DNA from: Candidatus Cryosericum sp.
Lineage (GTDB): Bacteria > Acidobacteriota > Polarisedimenticolia > Gp22-AA2
NCBI GenBank assembly: GCA_035649235.1
Contig: DASRJX010000026.1
Span: 1-50,235 of the forward strand
Direction of reading: 5' to 3'
DNA: 50,235 bases
The notes beneath the pieces are model-generated. The model saw only the letters and a list, made by a program, of their open reading frames with translations. It was not told where the DNA came from and did not search any database. Position 1 is the stretch's first letter. Every line of letters starts with the position of its first letter. Both the position numbers and the translations under genes were made by a program. Positions 1 through 8,706 of this stretch are shown here, one piece after another.

Positions 1-289
1 GGAGACGCACGACGAGCGTCAGCGGATCGGGCCGCTCCACGCCTTCCGCCAGCTCCGGCTCGGGTCGGCCGTCGTCGCCCACGCGGAACAGGGCGCCGTA
101 GACGAGGTCGTTGAAGCGGCGGCTGGCTTCGTCCGACCCGACGCGCGGGTCGAGGCTGTTGGGACCGCTGTCCACGGCGACCGTGAGCGTTCCGGGGTCG
201 GGCGTGCTGAGGGCGCAGCCCGTGACCCAGAGCGCGAGGCAGCACACCGTCGCCAGCGGAGCGAGGTCGCGCGACATCGGCGGGCGCAT
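1..289 (-). CDS. ABC transporter substrate-binding lipoprotein, family 5 (OppA/DppA-like), N-terminal part only; runs off the window
   Basis: Manual translation from ATG 289 (alternative ATG 277) gives MRPPMSRDLAPLATVCCLALWVTGCALSTPDPGTLTVAVDSGPNSLDPRVGSDEASRRFNDLVYGALFRVGDDGRPEPELAEGVERPDPLTLVVRL. It has a lipobox (VTG-C) and the family-5 N-terminal pattern P..LDP...LVY..L......P.LA. Not in the ORF track because no stop lies inside the window. Confidence 0.85.
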   Translation of the reverse strand, partial: MRPPMSRDLAPLATVCCLALWVTGCALSTPDPGTLTVAVDSGPNSLDPRVGSDEASRRFNDLVYGALFRVGDDGRPEPELAEGVERPDPLTLVVRL

Positions 290-299
290 TGGCGGCCGG

Positions 300-305
300 A
301 TGATA
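300..305 (-). promoter_or_regulatory. Candidate -10 element (TATCAT) for the ABC solute-binding gene
   Basis: Plus-strand ATGATA at 300-305, 10 nt before ATG 289; no convincing -35. Confidence 0.4.
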
Positions 306-315
306 GCGGAAAAGA

Positions 316-344
316 TTGTCCGGCGAGCCCTTTTCCCCTATACT
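316..344 (+). promoter_or_regulatory. Sigma70-type promoter TTGTCC-N17-TATACT
   Basis: -35 at 316-321, -10 at 339-344, 17-bp spacer. The ORF track's TTG start at 316 is this -35 box. Confidence 0.7.
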
Positions 345-354
345 TCGACCCCGC

Positions 355-2661
355 ATGCCGACAAGCAACCCCCAGCCTTTCAGTCACTTGGAGAACCATC
401 GACCGAGGTACTTGGCGGCCGCCGGCCGCTGGCTCTCGTGCATGGTGATCGTGGGGCTGGCCGTATTTGCGGGCGCCCGGGCCGCCACCCCCTACGACAA
501 GGTCGTCGTCCTCGGGTTCGACGGCGCCGACGCCGCGCTCGTGGAGCAGGCCATGGCCGCCGGGAGGCTCCCGAATCTGGCGAAGCTGAAAGCGCAGGGG
601 ATGTACGCGCCCCTCCGCAGCACCAACCCTCCCCAGACGCCGGTCTCCTGGGCCTCCTTCGCCACCGGGCTCAATCCGGGGCGGACGGAGATCTTCGATT
701 TCCTGAGGCGGACCGAAGGCACGTACCTGCCGGAGTTCGCCATGATCAAGGAAGGGAAGCGCCCGCTCTTCTTCGGGGCCAGAAACCCGGCGGCCTTCGG
801 CGGGATCGCGGCGGCATTCGGTCTCGTGCTGGGGGGTGGTCTCGGGCTCCTCCTCCGGCGGCGCCGGGGGGCGCTCTGGCTCATGCCCGTCGTGGTCGCC
901 GCGATCGCGGGTGCCGGCGCTGGCCTGCTGGTCTCCCGCTGGATGCCGCGCGAGGTTCCGGACGCGCACAACGCGCGCAAAGGCCTGCCGTTCTGGACGG
1001 CCGCAGCCGCGGCCGGAGTGCAGACGCGCGTCATCCACGTCCCGGACACGTTCCCGGCGGAAAGCCACGATCACCTGACGATGCTCTCGGGCCTGGGCGT
1101 GCCGGACATGCGCGGGCGCATCGGGTCTCCCTCGTTCTACACCTCCGATGCCTCGCTCAGCCTTTCCGACAACCAGTTCAGCGTCGAGATCATCAAGCTC
1201 AAGGCGCGGCGCGGGCGGATCGAGACGGCCGTCGTCGGGCCGCTTAACAAGCCGTTCTACGACTATGCCATCGACGAGGCGCTCAAGGGGATCGACGCGC
1301 CCCAGGCCAGGAAGGAGGCCCGCGCGGCCATCGAGAAGCGGCTCGCCGGGAACGGCGTGCGGCGCAGGCTCGACGTGCCGCTGGTCATCGACGCCCGGGA
1401 CGACTCCGTGATCCTCGAGATGGCCGGGCAGCGCCAGACCCTGACCCCGGGCCAGTGGAGTCCCTTCCTGGTCGTCCCGGTGCGCGTGAATCCCCTCGTC
1501 GACGCGGTCGCCGGGCTGAAGGGGATCGTGCGCTTCAAGCTGCTGGCGCTCGATCCGGAGCTGAAGCTCTACATGAGCCCGCTCAACTTCCATCCCGACT
1601 GCCAGCCGATCCCGTTCACCTCGCCGGTCTCCTACGCGCGCGATCTCGTCCGGGCCTTCGGCCTGTTCAAGACCCTGGGCTGGCCTATCGACACCTGGTC
1701 GCTGCCTTCCGGGCTGACCGACGAGTCGCATTTCCTCGAGGATCTCGAGATGACGGTCGCGACCCAGTTGGCGATGATGAAGAGCGCCCTGGAATCGGGC
1801 CAGGACCGGCTCTACCTGCAGGTCTTCGACTTCACCGATCGCGTCGGGCACATGCTCTGGCGACTGCACGACCCCGGTCATCCTCTGTTCGACGCGGTCC
1901 GGGCGCAGCGCTACGCGGGCGAGATCGACAAGGCCTACGATCGGATGGACGCCATCGTGGGCGAGGCGGTGCAGCGGATGGGCCCAAGGACCGCCCTGAT
2001 CGTCTGCTCTGATCACGGATTCGCCTCCTTCAGGCGCGGGGTCAACTACAACACCTGGCTCGTGAAGAACGGCTTCATGACCTTGCGCGAAGGGTCGTAC
2101 GGCGGCAAGACCCTCGAGGATCTCTTCGACCGCGGCGAGTTGGGGGAGTTCTTCAAGTTCGTGGACTGGTCGCGCACCAAGGCCTACGCCATGGGCCTGG
2201 GGAACATCTACATCAACCTGCTCGGGCGCGAGCCGAAGGGGAGCGTGGCGCCAGGGCGCGAGTACGACGAGGTTCGCGACGCGATCGCCCGGGGCCTCGA
2301 ATCCCTCGTCGATCCCGAGACCGGCGAGAAGCCGGTCCTGAAGGTCTACCGGCGCGAGGAGATCTATTCCGGGTTCGACCCGCGCGTCCTGCCCGATCTC
2401 CGGCCGGCCAACCGCGATCACTACCGCGTGGGGTGGCAGACGGCTCTCGGCGAGGTGCCGCCCAACATCTTCGAGGACAATCTGAAGCCCTGGAGCGGCG
2501 ATCACTGCTCCAACGATCCCTCCGTCGTCCCGGGAGTGCTGTTCTCGAACGTCCGACTCGACCCGGGCGCTCCCGGGATTGGCGACATCTACCCGACCAT
2601 CCTGGAGCTGCTTGGCGTGCCCGGCGTGCCGGGCATCGACGGCAGGAGCCTCGTGCGTTGA
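355..2661 (+). CDS. Alkaline phosphatase superfamily protein (nucleotide pyrophosphatase/phosphodiesterase-like), exported and membrane anchored
   Basis: Motifs VLGFDGAD, PPQTPVSWASFATG (Thr nucleophile), DFTDRVGH, CSDHGF, WSGDH; N-terminal signal peptide and an internal hydrophobic hairpin. Start ATG 355 (alternative 442). Confidence 0.85.
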   Translation: MPTSNPQPFSHLENHRPRYLAAAGRWLSCMVIVGLAVFAGARAATPYDKVVVLGFDGADAALVEQAMAAGRLPNLAKLKAQGMYAPLRSTNPPQTPVSWASFATGLNPGRTEIFDFLRRTEGTYLPEFAMIKEGKRPLFFGARNPAAFGGIAAAFGLVLGGGLGLLLRRRRGALWLMPVVVAAIAGAGAGLLVSRWMPREVPDAHNARKGLPFWTAAAAAGVQTRVIHVPDTFPAESHDHLTMLSGLGVPDMRGRIGSPSFYTSDASLSLSDNQFSVEIIKLKARRGRIETAVVGPLNKPFYDYAIDEALKGIDAPQARKEARAAIEKRLAGNGVRRRLDVPLVIDARDDSVILEMAGQRQTLTPGQWSPFLVVPVRVNPLVDAVAGLKGIVRFKLLALDPELKLYMSPLNFHPDCQPIPFTSPVSYARDLVRAFGLFKTLGWPIDTWSLPSGLTDESHFLEDLEMTVATQLAMMKSALESGQDRLYLQVFDFTDRVGHMLWRLHDPGHPLFDAVRAQRYAGEIDKAYDRMDAIVGEAVQRMGPRTALIVCSDHGFASFRRGVNYNTWLVKNGFMTLREGSYGGKTLEDLFDRGELGEFFKFVDWSRTKAYAMGLGNIYINLLGREPKGSVAPGREYDEVRDAIARGLESLVDPETGEKPVLKVYRREEIYSGFDPRVLPDLRPANRDHYRVGWQTALGEVPPNIFEDNLKPWSGDHCSNDPSVVPGVLFSNVRLDPGAPGIGDIYPTILELLGVPGVPGIDGRSLVR

Positions 2662-3944
2662 AGCGCCGCGCGGGACGGGTGCCAGGGGCGGCCGCAGCCG
2701 GGCTGTGGCTGACCGCCCTGCTCCTGACCGTCTCCGTCCCCCGTCCCTGCCGCGCGCAGGAACCGGGGGCGGGCCCGGCCCAGGAGGAGAGCCCTCCCGC
2801 CGCGGCTCCCACCGAAGGGCCCCGCGAGGACGAGACCCCGGAGGAGACGGCGCGCCTGGAGAAGATTCGGGGCGAGATCGACGCGCTCCGGCAGCGGCTT
2901 CTGCAGGGCGAATCCGACGCCGGGAGCCTGCTGGATCAGCTCGACTCGATCGACCTGACCCTGGCGGTCCTGGGGCGCGAGGCATCGCTCCTGGAGGCGG
3001 GAATCGCCTCCAAGCGCCGCGCCCAGGAGAGGGCGCGCTCCGCGGCCGCTGTGGCGGGGAGGCGGGCGACGCTGGCGGAAAGGGACCTGCGTCGCTGGCT
3101 GGTCGAGATGTACAAGGCCGGACCGTCGCGCGACCTGCGCCTGGTCCTGACGGCCTCGTCGCCGGGGGAGCTGGCAGGCGCCCAGCGCGCCGCCGAGGCC
3201 CTGGCGCGCGAGGAATCGCGGCGGGTCGGGGCGATCCTCGACGAGCGCGCGCGCCTCGATGCCGCCGTGCACGACCTGGAAGAGACGCAGGCCAGCCTGC
3301 AGGGACTCCTGGCGGACAAGGCGCGGCGTCAGGTCGACCTGACGACCGCCCGGAAGACCAAGAACCACCTTCTCTCCGACATCCGCGCCCGGCAGCAGAG
3401 CGGCGAGCAGGCTCTCATGGCGCTGGTGCAGGTGGAACGTGATCTGCAGACGCTGCTCCAGTCTCTCCCTGGCGTCCCAGGGGGGGGCGCCACGCCCTCC
3501 TACGGCCTGCCGCGCTTCCGTGGGCTGCTCAACTGGCCGGTCAGAGGAGAGGTCAGCATCCCCTTCGGGAACGTCCGCCACCCGCGCTTCGCCACCCAGG
3601 TGCCCCACCCGGGGCTGGAGATCGCCTCCCCCCCCGGCGAGCCGGTGCGGGCCCTGTTCGACGGCCGGGTCGCTTTCAGCGCCTGGTTCCGCGGCTACAG
3701 CCAGATGATTGTCATCGACCACGGTGACGAGTATCTTTCTATCTACGGCCAGCTCGGAGAGCGGCTGGTCGAGGCGGGCCAGGAGGTCCGCCGGGATCAG
3801 CCGATCGCCCGAACGGGCGAGCAGGGGACCTTCGGAGCGACGGGCCTTTATTTCGAAGTCCGCCACCACGGGAAAGCCGAGGACCCGGTGCCGTGGCTGA
3901 GGCGCAACGCGGGCCGTGCTGCGACCCGCCCGGAGACGCGATGA
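2658..3944 (+). CDS. envC: Murein hydrolase activator EnvC family (coiled coil plus degenerate M23/LytM domain)
   Basis: Signal peptide, long coiled coil, C-terminal LNWPVRG...HPGLEI...YLSIYGQL...LYFEVR...DP M23 fold with incomplete Zn ligands. TTG 2658 overlaps the upstream TGA, with AGGAG upstream. Precedes an S41 gene, as envC does elsewhere. Confidence 0.8.
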   Translation: MKRRAGRVPGAAAAGLWLTALLLTVSVPRPCRAQEPGAGPAQEESPPAAAPTEGPREDETPEETARLEKIRGEIDALRQRLLQGESDAGSLLDQLDSIDLTLAVLGREASLLEAGIASKRRAQERARSAAAVAGRRATLAERDLRRWLVEMYKAGPSRDLRLVLTASSPGELAGAQRAAEALAREESRRVGAILDERARLDAAVHDLEETQASLQGLLADKARRQVDLTTARKTKNHLLSDIRARQQSGEQALMALVQVERDLQTLLQSLPGVPGGGATPSYGLPRFRGLLNWPVRGEVSIPFGNVRHPRFATQVPHPGLEIASPPGEPVRALFDGRVAFSAWFRGYSQMIVIDHGDEYLSIYGQLGERLVEAGQEVRRDQPIARTGEQGTFGATGLYFEVRHHGKAEDPVPWLRRNAGRAATRPETR

Positions 3945-5116
3945 TGAAATTGTCCATCGAACGAAAGGTGCTCCTCCTGCTGTCGGCGGTGACGATCGCC
4001 CTGACCCTGGCCGGGGGCCTTCTGGGGAGCGCGGCGGCGACCGAAGGAACCTACGACTACCTGCGGGTGTTCAACGAGGCCCTGTACCTCGCCATGAACA
4101 ACTACGTCGAGCCGGTCCAGATCGAGGCACTCATGGAGGGCGCGTACCGCGGCATGCTCGAGTCGCTCGATCCGGGCAACGAGTACCTGACTCCGGCCGA
4201 ATACCAGAAGGCGACGCGCGGCGAGAACGCCGGTCCCGCCGAGGTCGGCGTGAACCTCTCGAAGCGCCACGGCTACGCGATAGTCGTCTCGGCCCTCCCC
4301 GGCAGCCCCGCGGCCTCCTCCGGCGTGAAGAGCGGCGACATCCTCCTCAGCATCGACGGCCGCACGACTCGCCTCATGGGCGCCTGGGAGGCCGCACAGG
4401 CCCTGCGGGGCAAATCCGGGTCGAAGGCGGTGCTGGTGCTGAACCCGGCCGACGGAGGGGATCGCAAGACATTGACCATCGAGCGCAAGGTCCTGCCTCC
4501 GCCCCAGCCCGTGGGGAACTTCGTCGCTCCCGAGGTCGGCGTCGTGCGCATCGCCGGCATCCGCGAGGGGGACGCCCGCCGTCTCGACCAGGCGATCGCT
4601 TCGCTCCGATCGCAGGGCATCAAGCGGTTGCTGCTCGACCTGCGTGGCTGTGCCTCCGAATCGCTGGCGGAGCCGATCGGCATGGCCAGCCTGTTCGTGA
4701 AGGACGGCGTAATCGTGAGCGTCACTGATCGCTTCGACGGCGACAAGGCCTACCGCGCCGATGGCCGCCGGCGCGCCTGGAGCGGACCACTCGCTCTCCT
4801 GGTCGACGGGGGGACCAGCCGGGGATGCGAAGCGCTCACGGCCGGCCTGCGCGATGCCGCGGGCGCCGCGGTGCTGGGGGAGCGCACCTGGGGGACGGGC
4901 ACGGTCGCTTCGATTCTGCCCCTGCGCAACGGCGACGGGGTGATCCTGGCCGTCGGCTCCATGCACTCTCCCACCGGCAAGGAGTGGAACGGCAAGGGGA
5001 TCGATCCCGATCTTGTCATCACCGCCGAGGGCTCGGCCTCGGGCGATTCCCAGCGTCAGAAGGCCATCGAGTACCTGCGCGGGGTTGCCAGGCCCGCGGA
5101 GCGCGAAGCCGCCTGA
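3941..5116 (+). CDS. S41/CtpA-family carboxy-terminal protease homolog with PDZ domain; catalytic Ser and Lys substituted
   Basis: AYRGMLESLDP, PDZ (VVSALPGSPA..SGVKSGD), LLDLRG, VDGGTSRGCE, GERTWGTG. ATG 3941 overlaps the envC stop. Confidence 0.85.
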   Translation: MMKLSIERKVLLLLSAVTIALTLAGGLLGSAAATEGTYDYLRVFNEALYLAMNNYVEPVQIEALMEGAYRGMLESLDPGNEYLTPAEYQKATRGENAGPAEVGVNLSKRHGYAIVVSALPGSPAASSGVKSGDILLSIDGRTTRLMGAWEAAQALRGKSGSKAVLVLNPADGGDRKTLTIERKVLPPPQPVGNFVAPEVGVVRIAGIREGDARRLDQAIASLRSQGIKRLLLDLRGCASESLAEPIGMASLFVKDGVIVSVTDRFDGDKAYRADGRRRAWSGPLALLVDGGTSRGCEALTAGLRDAAGAAVLGERTWGTGTVASILPLRNGDGVILAVGSMHSPTGKEWNGKGIDPDLVITAEGSASGDSQRQKAIEYLRGVARPAEREAA

Positions 5117-5203
5117 GGCAGTCGGGAAGGCGCCTCCCGCCCGGCAAAGACCCCAAACCGGCCCGGACCGATCCCTATTCCGCCGCGCCCCCGGCTTCTT
5201 CTC

Positions 5204-5232
5204 TGGACGCCCGCTGAGCGCGCCCCTATATT
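5204..5232 (+). promoter_or_regulatory. Candidate sigma70 promoter TGGACG-N17-TATATT for the kinase operon
   Basis: -35 at 5204-5209, -10 at 5227-5232, in the 162-bp intergenic gap. Confidence 0.5.
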
Positions 5233-5278
5233 GACTTCAAGTCCGCTGGAGTGCGGACGGGGAGCGAGGTGCGGGCGG

Positions 5279-6742
5279 ATGAGCCTGCCCAAGACCATCG
5301 GGCGCTACGAGGTGCTGGAGGAGATCGGACGCGGTTCGATGGGCGTCGTCTACAAGGCCCGCGATCCCCGCATCGGCCGCGTGGTGGCGCTCAAGTGCGT
5401 GTCCTTCAGCTTTCCCCTCGGCCCGGGGGAGGAGGAGGACTTCCTGCGGCGCTTCTACCATGAGGCGCAGATCGCGGGACGACTCAGCCACAACAACATC
5501 GTGACCATCTACGACGTCGGCGAGAAGGCGGCCGAGGGCGCCGCCTTCATCGCCATGGAGTACGTCACCGGGAACAACCTGCAGGAGCTGCTGGCGGGCG
5601 GCGGGCGTCTGCCGCTGAGCCAGATCGCCGATCTGACCTCGCAGGCGGCCGACGCCCTGGACTACGCGCACGCGAACGGCGTCGTGCACCGCGACATCAA
5701 GCCCGGCAACCTGGTGATGACGGCCTCCGGCCAACTGAAGATCCTCGACTTCGGAATCGCCCGGATGGCCGCCGCGGACGTCACGCGGCCGGGGAAGTTC
5801 CTCGGCACGCCGAACTACATGTCGCCGGAACAGGTGACCGGCGCGTCGGTGGACGGCAGGGCCGACCAGTTCGCGCTCGGCGTGACGCTGTTTCATCTCA
5901 TGACGGGCGAGCGGCCCTTCGCCGGCGAGAGCATCACCGCCATCACCTACCAGGTGGTGAACGTGACGCCCCCACCGCCCTCGCGCCTCAATCCCACGCT
6001 CCCCCCAGCGGTCGATCCGATCGTCGCCCGGGCGCTGGCGAAATCCCCCGCCGAGCGGTACCCGCTCTGCACCGACCTGGCGACCGATCTCAAGTCCGTC
6101 GTGAGTGCCTGGAGGGAGACGGCGAACCGGGCGGGCCCGCCGACGCTCGAATCCTCGCTTCCCTCCCGAGCCGTGATCGCGCCCTCGGTGGCCGAGGGCC
6201 AGCCCCCCGTCCCGCCGCGGCCCGCTCTGTCCCTAACGGGGCCCCGTGCGCTCGCGGGCTGGTCTTTGTTCCTGGTTTCTCTGGCCATCCTGGCTGCCGC
6301 GCCGTATCTCCTACGGGGAGCCGATCGGACTCCGAAGTCCGCGTCAGGGACCCTTCTGGGCTCGGCGCTCTCGACCGATCCCCCCGCGCCACGCGAGGTA
6401 ACTGCGGCGCCGCGCGAGGCATCGGCCCTGCTGGTTCTGAGCCTGCAGCACCGGCTCCGGTCCGGATCGGTGACGGCCCGCCTGGACGGCGTAACGGTGC
6501 TGGATGAATCAATCAAGGGATCGGGAGGCAAGGCGCGATGGGTCCGGGAGATCGCCACGACACCGGGCCGGCATCGGATCGAGGCGCGGCTTGTCGGCGA
6601 CGGAGGCGATGTGGATGACATCGAGGGGATCGACCTCGTTCTCTCGGCCGACCAGCGCGTCATCGTCGACCTGTCCGTGAACCCGCTCTCGCACCGGCTG
6701 AAGATGCGCGCCGACGGTCCGGCAGAAGGCGCCTCCCGATGA
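5279..6742 (+). CDS. Hanks-type Ser/Thr protein kinase with one TM helix and a C-terminal extracytoplasmic beta-rich domain
   Basis: GRGSMGVV, VALK, HRDIKPGN, DFG, GTPNYMSPE; Pro-rich linker; TM ALAGWSLFLVSLAILAAAPYLL. Start ATG 5279. Confidence 0.95.
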   Translation: MSLPKTIGRYEVLEEIGRGSMGVVYKARDPRIGRVVALKCVSFSFPLGPGEEEDFLRRFYHEAQIAGRLSHNNIVTIYDVGEKAAEGAAFIAMEYVTGNNLQELLAGGGRLPLSQIADLTSQAADALDYAHANGVVHRDIKPGNLVMTASGQLKILDFGIARMAAADVTRPGKFLGTPNYMSPEQVTGASVDGRADQFALGVTLFHLMTGERPFAGESITAITYQVVNVTPPPPSRLNPTLPPAVDPIVARALAKSPAERYPLCTDLATDLKSVVSAWRETANRAGPPTLESSLPSRAVIAPSVAEGQPPVPPRPALSLTGPRALAGWSLFLVSLAILAAAPYLLRGADRTPKSASGTLLGSALSTDPPAPREVTAAPREASALLVLSLQHRLRSGSVTARLDGVTVLDESIKGSGGKARWVREIATTPGRHRIEARLVGDGGDVDDIEGIDLVLSADQRVIVDLSVNPLSHRLKMRADGPAEGASR

Positions 6743-8706
6743 CGGCCCGACGTCATCCAACCCTCGGAGCGGCCTGGCTTCTGCCGATGCTGGTCGCGGT
6801 GACCTCTGCCTCCGCGGCCAACGGGGCGGCGGACCTCTCCCGCCGGGCGCAGGCCTATCAGCTCTATGCCCAGGCGCAGATGCTCCTGTTCGACCGCCAG
6901 GAGGAGTCGGCGGTGAAGCTCCTGGAGCAGGCGATCGAGCGCGATCCCGATCCGGCGCTCTTGCTCGAGACCGCCCGGGCCCACGACCTGCTCGGCCACT
7001 TCGAGCGCGCGATCGAGATCACCCGCAAGGCGCTCGCCCAGCGCCCCGGGTGGGCCGAAGCGTGGAGCCTCCTTGGCGACATCCATCTCGGCCAGGCGCG
7101 CGCCGGCATCGACGGCGATCTTCACATCGAGCGGGCGCTCGAGGCCTATCGAGAGGCGGTTCGATCCGATCCCGACGACCAGGCCACGGTGCGGGCCCTG
7201 GCGGAAGTCTGCTTCCAGATGGGGCGAATCCGGGAAGCGGAGGAGGTGCTCGATCGCCTGGCGTCGCGACGGCCGCTGCCTCCCTCGCTGAGCCTCCTCC
7301 AGTCGCGCATCCTCATCAAGACCGGCGAGGCCGAGAAAGCCGAGACCATCCTGACGAACCTCGTCTCCCGCTCGCCTCTCAGCATGGAGGCCGTCGACGC
7401 GCTGGCGGGGATCTATGAAACCGGCGGCCGCCTGGAGGAGGCGCTCGCGCTCTACGACCCGGCGCTGCGCGCCGACATCATCGACACCGGCCTGTTCGAT
7501 CGGGTGGGCCTGCTGCACCTCGAAGCCGGCCACGATCGCGAGGCCATCGACTTCCTGGAGCGGGCCCGCCGGCTGGACGCCGGCGACGCTCGCCGGCTGC
7601 TGCCGCTGGCGCAGGCCTATGAGGCCGTCGGCGAGTACCAGAAGGCGGCGGAGGCCTGCGAAGGCGCCCTGGCAGTCAACCCGACGAGCCTCGAGACCCT
7701 GTTCCACCACGCCCGGCTCCAGCGCAAGATGGGGAACGCCGAGGTCGCCCGGCGCGGCTACGACGAGATGATCCGGCTCGCCGAGTCCCGTGGGAAGCTG
7801 ACCGAGCGCGAGACGACGCTCGTGACGCTCGCGAGCGCGCAGGTCGGACTGCTGGCCATGGAGGTGCACGATTACGCCGCCTCCTCGTCCGCCTTCGCCC
7901 GCGCCGCCAAACTGGACAACGGCACCAGGCCCGAGTTGGTGTTCCTCCTGGCGCGGTCTCTTCTGCTTCAGGGGGACCTGGAGGGGGCCGATCGGACGGC
8001 CGCCGAGGCGACGGAGCGCTTCCCCGAGGCGCTCGAAATGTACGTACTGAGGGGCGAGATCCTCCTGGCCCGCGGCGACGAGAAGGCGGCCGGCGCCTAC
8101 TTCAAGGATCTGCTGAAGCGTCAGGACAGCTCGGTCGAGGCCTACGTGGGCGTCGGCGAGGCCCTGATGCGGAGCAAGCGGTTCGCCGACGCCGAAGCGA
8201 CCCTGTCGGACGGTCTCAAGGGCCACAAGGACGACGACCGGCTGCTGTTCGCGCACGGAGCCGCCCTCGAGCGCCTCGGCCGGATCGATCAGGCCCAGCA
8301 GGCACTGGCGCAGGCGGTGGCCGTGAACCCCGACAACGCCATGGCGCTCAACTATCTCGGCTATCTGCTCGCCGATCAGGGGGTCCGCCTGCGCGACTCC
8401 ATGTCGTACGTCGAGAGGGCCCTTGAGCTCGACCCGGAGAATCCTGCCTACCTCGACAGCCTCGGCTGGGTCCTCTTCAAGCTCGAGCGCTACGAGCCGG
8501 CCGAAGCGAAGTTGCGGGCCGCCTTGCGGTACGATGCGACCGACCCGGCGATCCGGGAGCACCTCGGAGATCTCCTGGTCGCGACGGGTCGGGACGAGGA
8601 GGCGTTGCGCGAGTGGGAGGCGGCGCTGAAGTGCGGGCACGAGGAGCCGGATCGGATCCGGGAGAAGATGGCCAAGGCGAAGGAACGGATCCGCTCCCCC
8701 CACTGA
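6739..8706 (+). CDS. Exported multi-TPR protein (positional equivalent of Pseudomonas LbcA)
   Basis: Signal peptide ending ASA, many TPR units, and C-terminal NAMALNYLGY.LAD...YLDSLGWV.FKL...HLGD typical of the TPR gene upstream of lolB/ispE. Confidence 0.85.
   Translation: MTARRHPTLGAAWLLPMLVAVTSASAANGAADLSRRAQAYQLYAQAQMLLFDRQEESAVKLLEQAIERDPDPALLLETARAHDLLGHFERAIEITRKALAQRPGWAEAWSLLGDIHLGQARAGIDGDLHIERALEAYREAVRSDPDDQATVRALAEVCFQMGRIREAEEVLDRLASRRPLPPSLSLLQSRILIKTGEAEKAETILTNLVSRSPLSMEAVDALAGIYETGGRLEEALALYDPALRADIIDTGLFDRVGLLHLEAGHDREAIDFLERARRLDAGDARRLLPLAQAYEAVGEYQKAAEACEGALAVNPTSLETLFHHARLQRKMGNAEVARRGYDEMIRLAESRGKLTERETTLVTLASAQVGLLAMEVHDYAASSSAFARAAKLDNGTRPELVFLLARSLLLQGDLEGADRTAAEATERFPEALEMYVLRGEILLARGDEKAAGAYFKDLLKRQDSSVEAYVGVGEALMRSKRFADAEATLSDGLKGHKDDDRLLFAHGAALERLGRIDQAQQALAQAVAVNPDNAMALNYLGYLLADQGVRLRDSMSYVERALELDPENPAYLDSLGWVLFKLERYEPAEAKLRAALRYDATDPAIREHLGDLLVATGRDEEALREWEAALKCGHEEPDRIREKMAKAKERIRSPH

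Noticed and set aside
3606-3755. Degenerate Zn ligands in the EnvC M23 domain (HPGLE, YGQL)
   Set aside because: A catalytically inactive LytM domain is the established property of EnvC.
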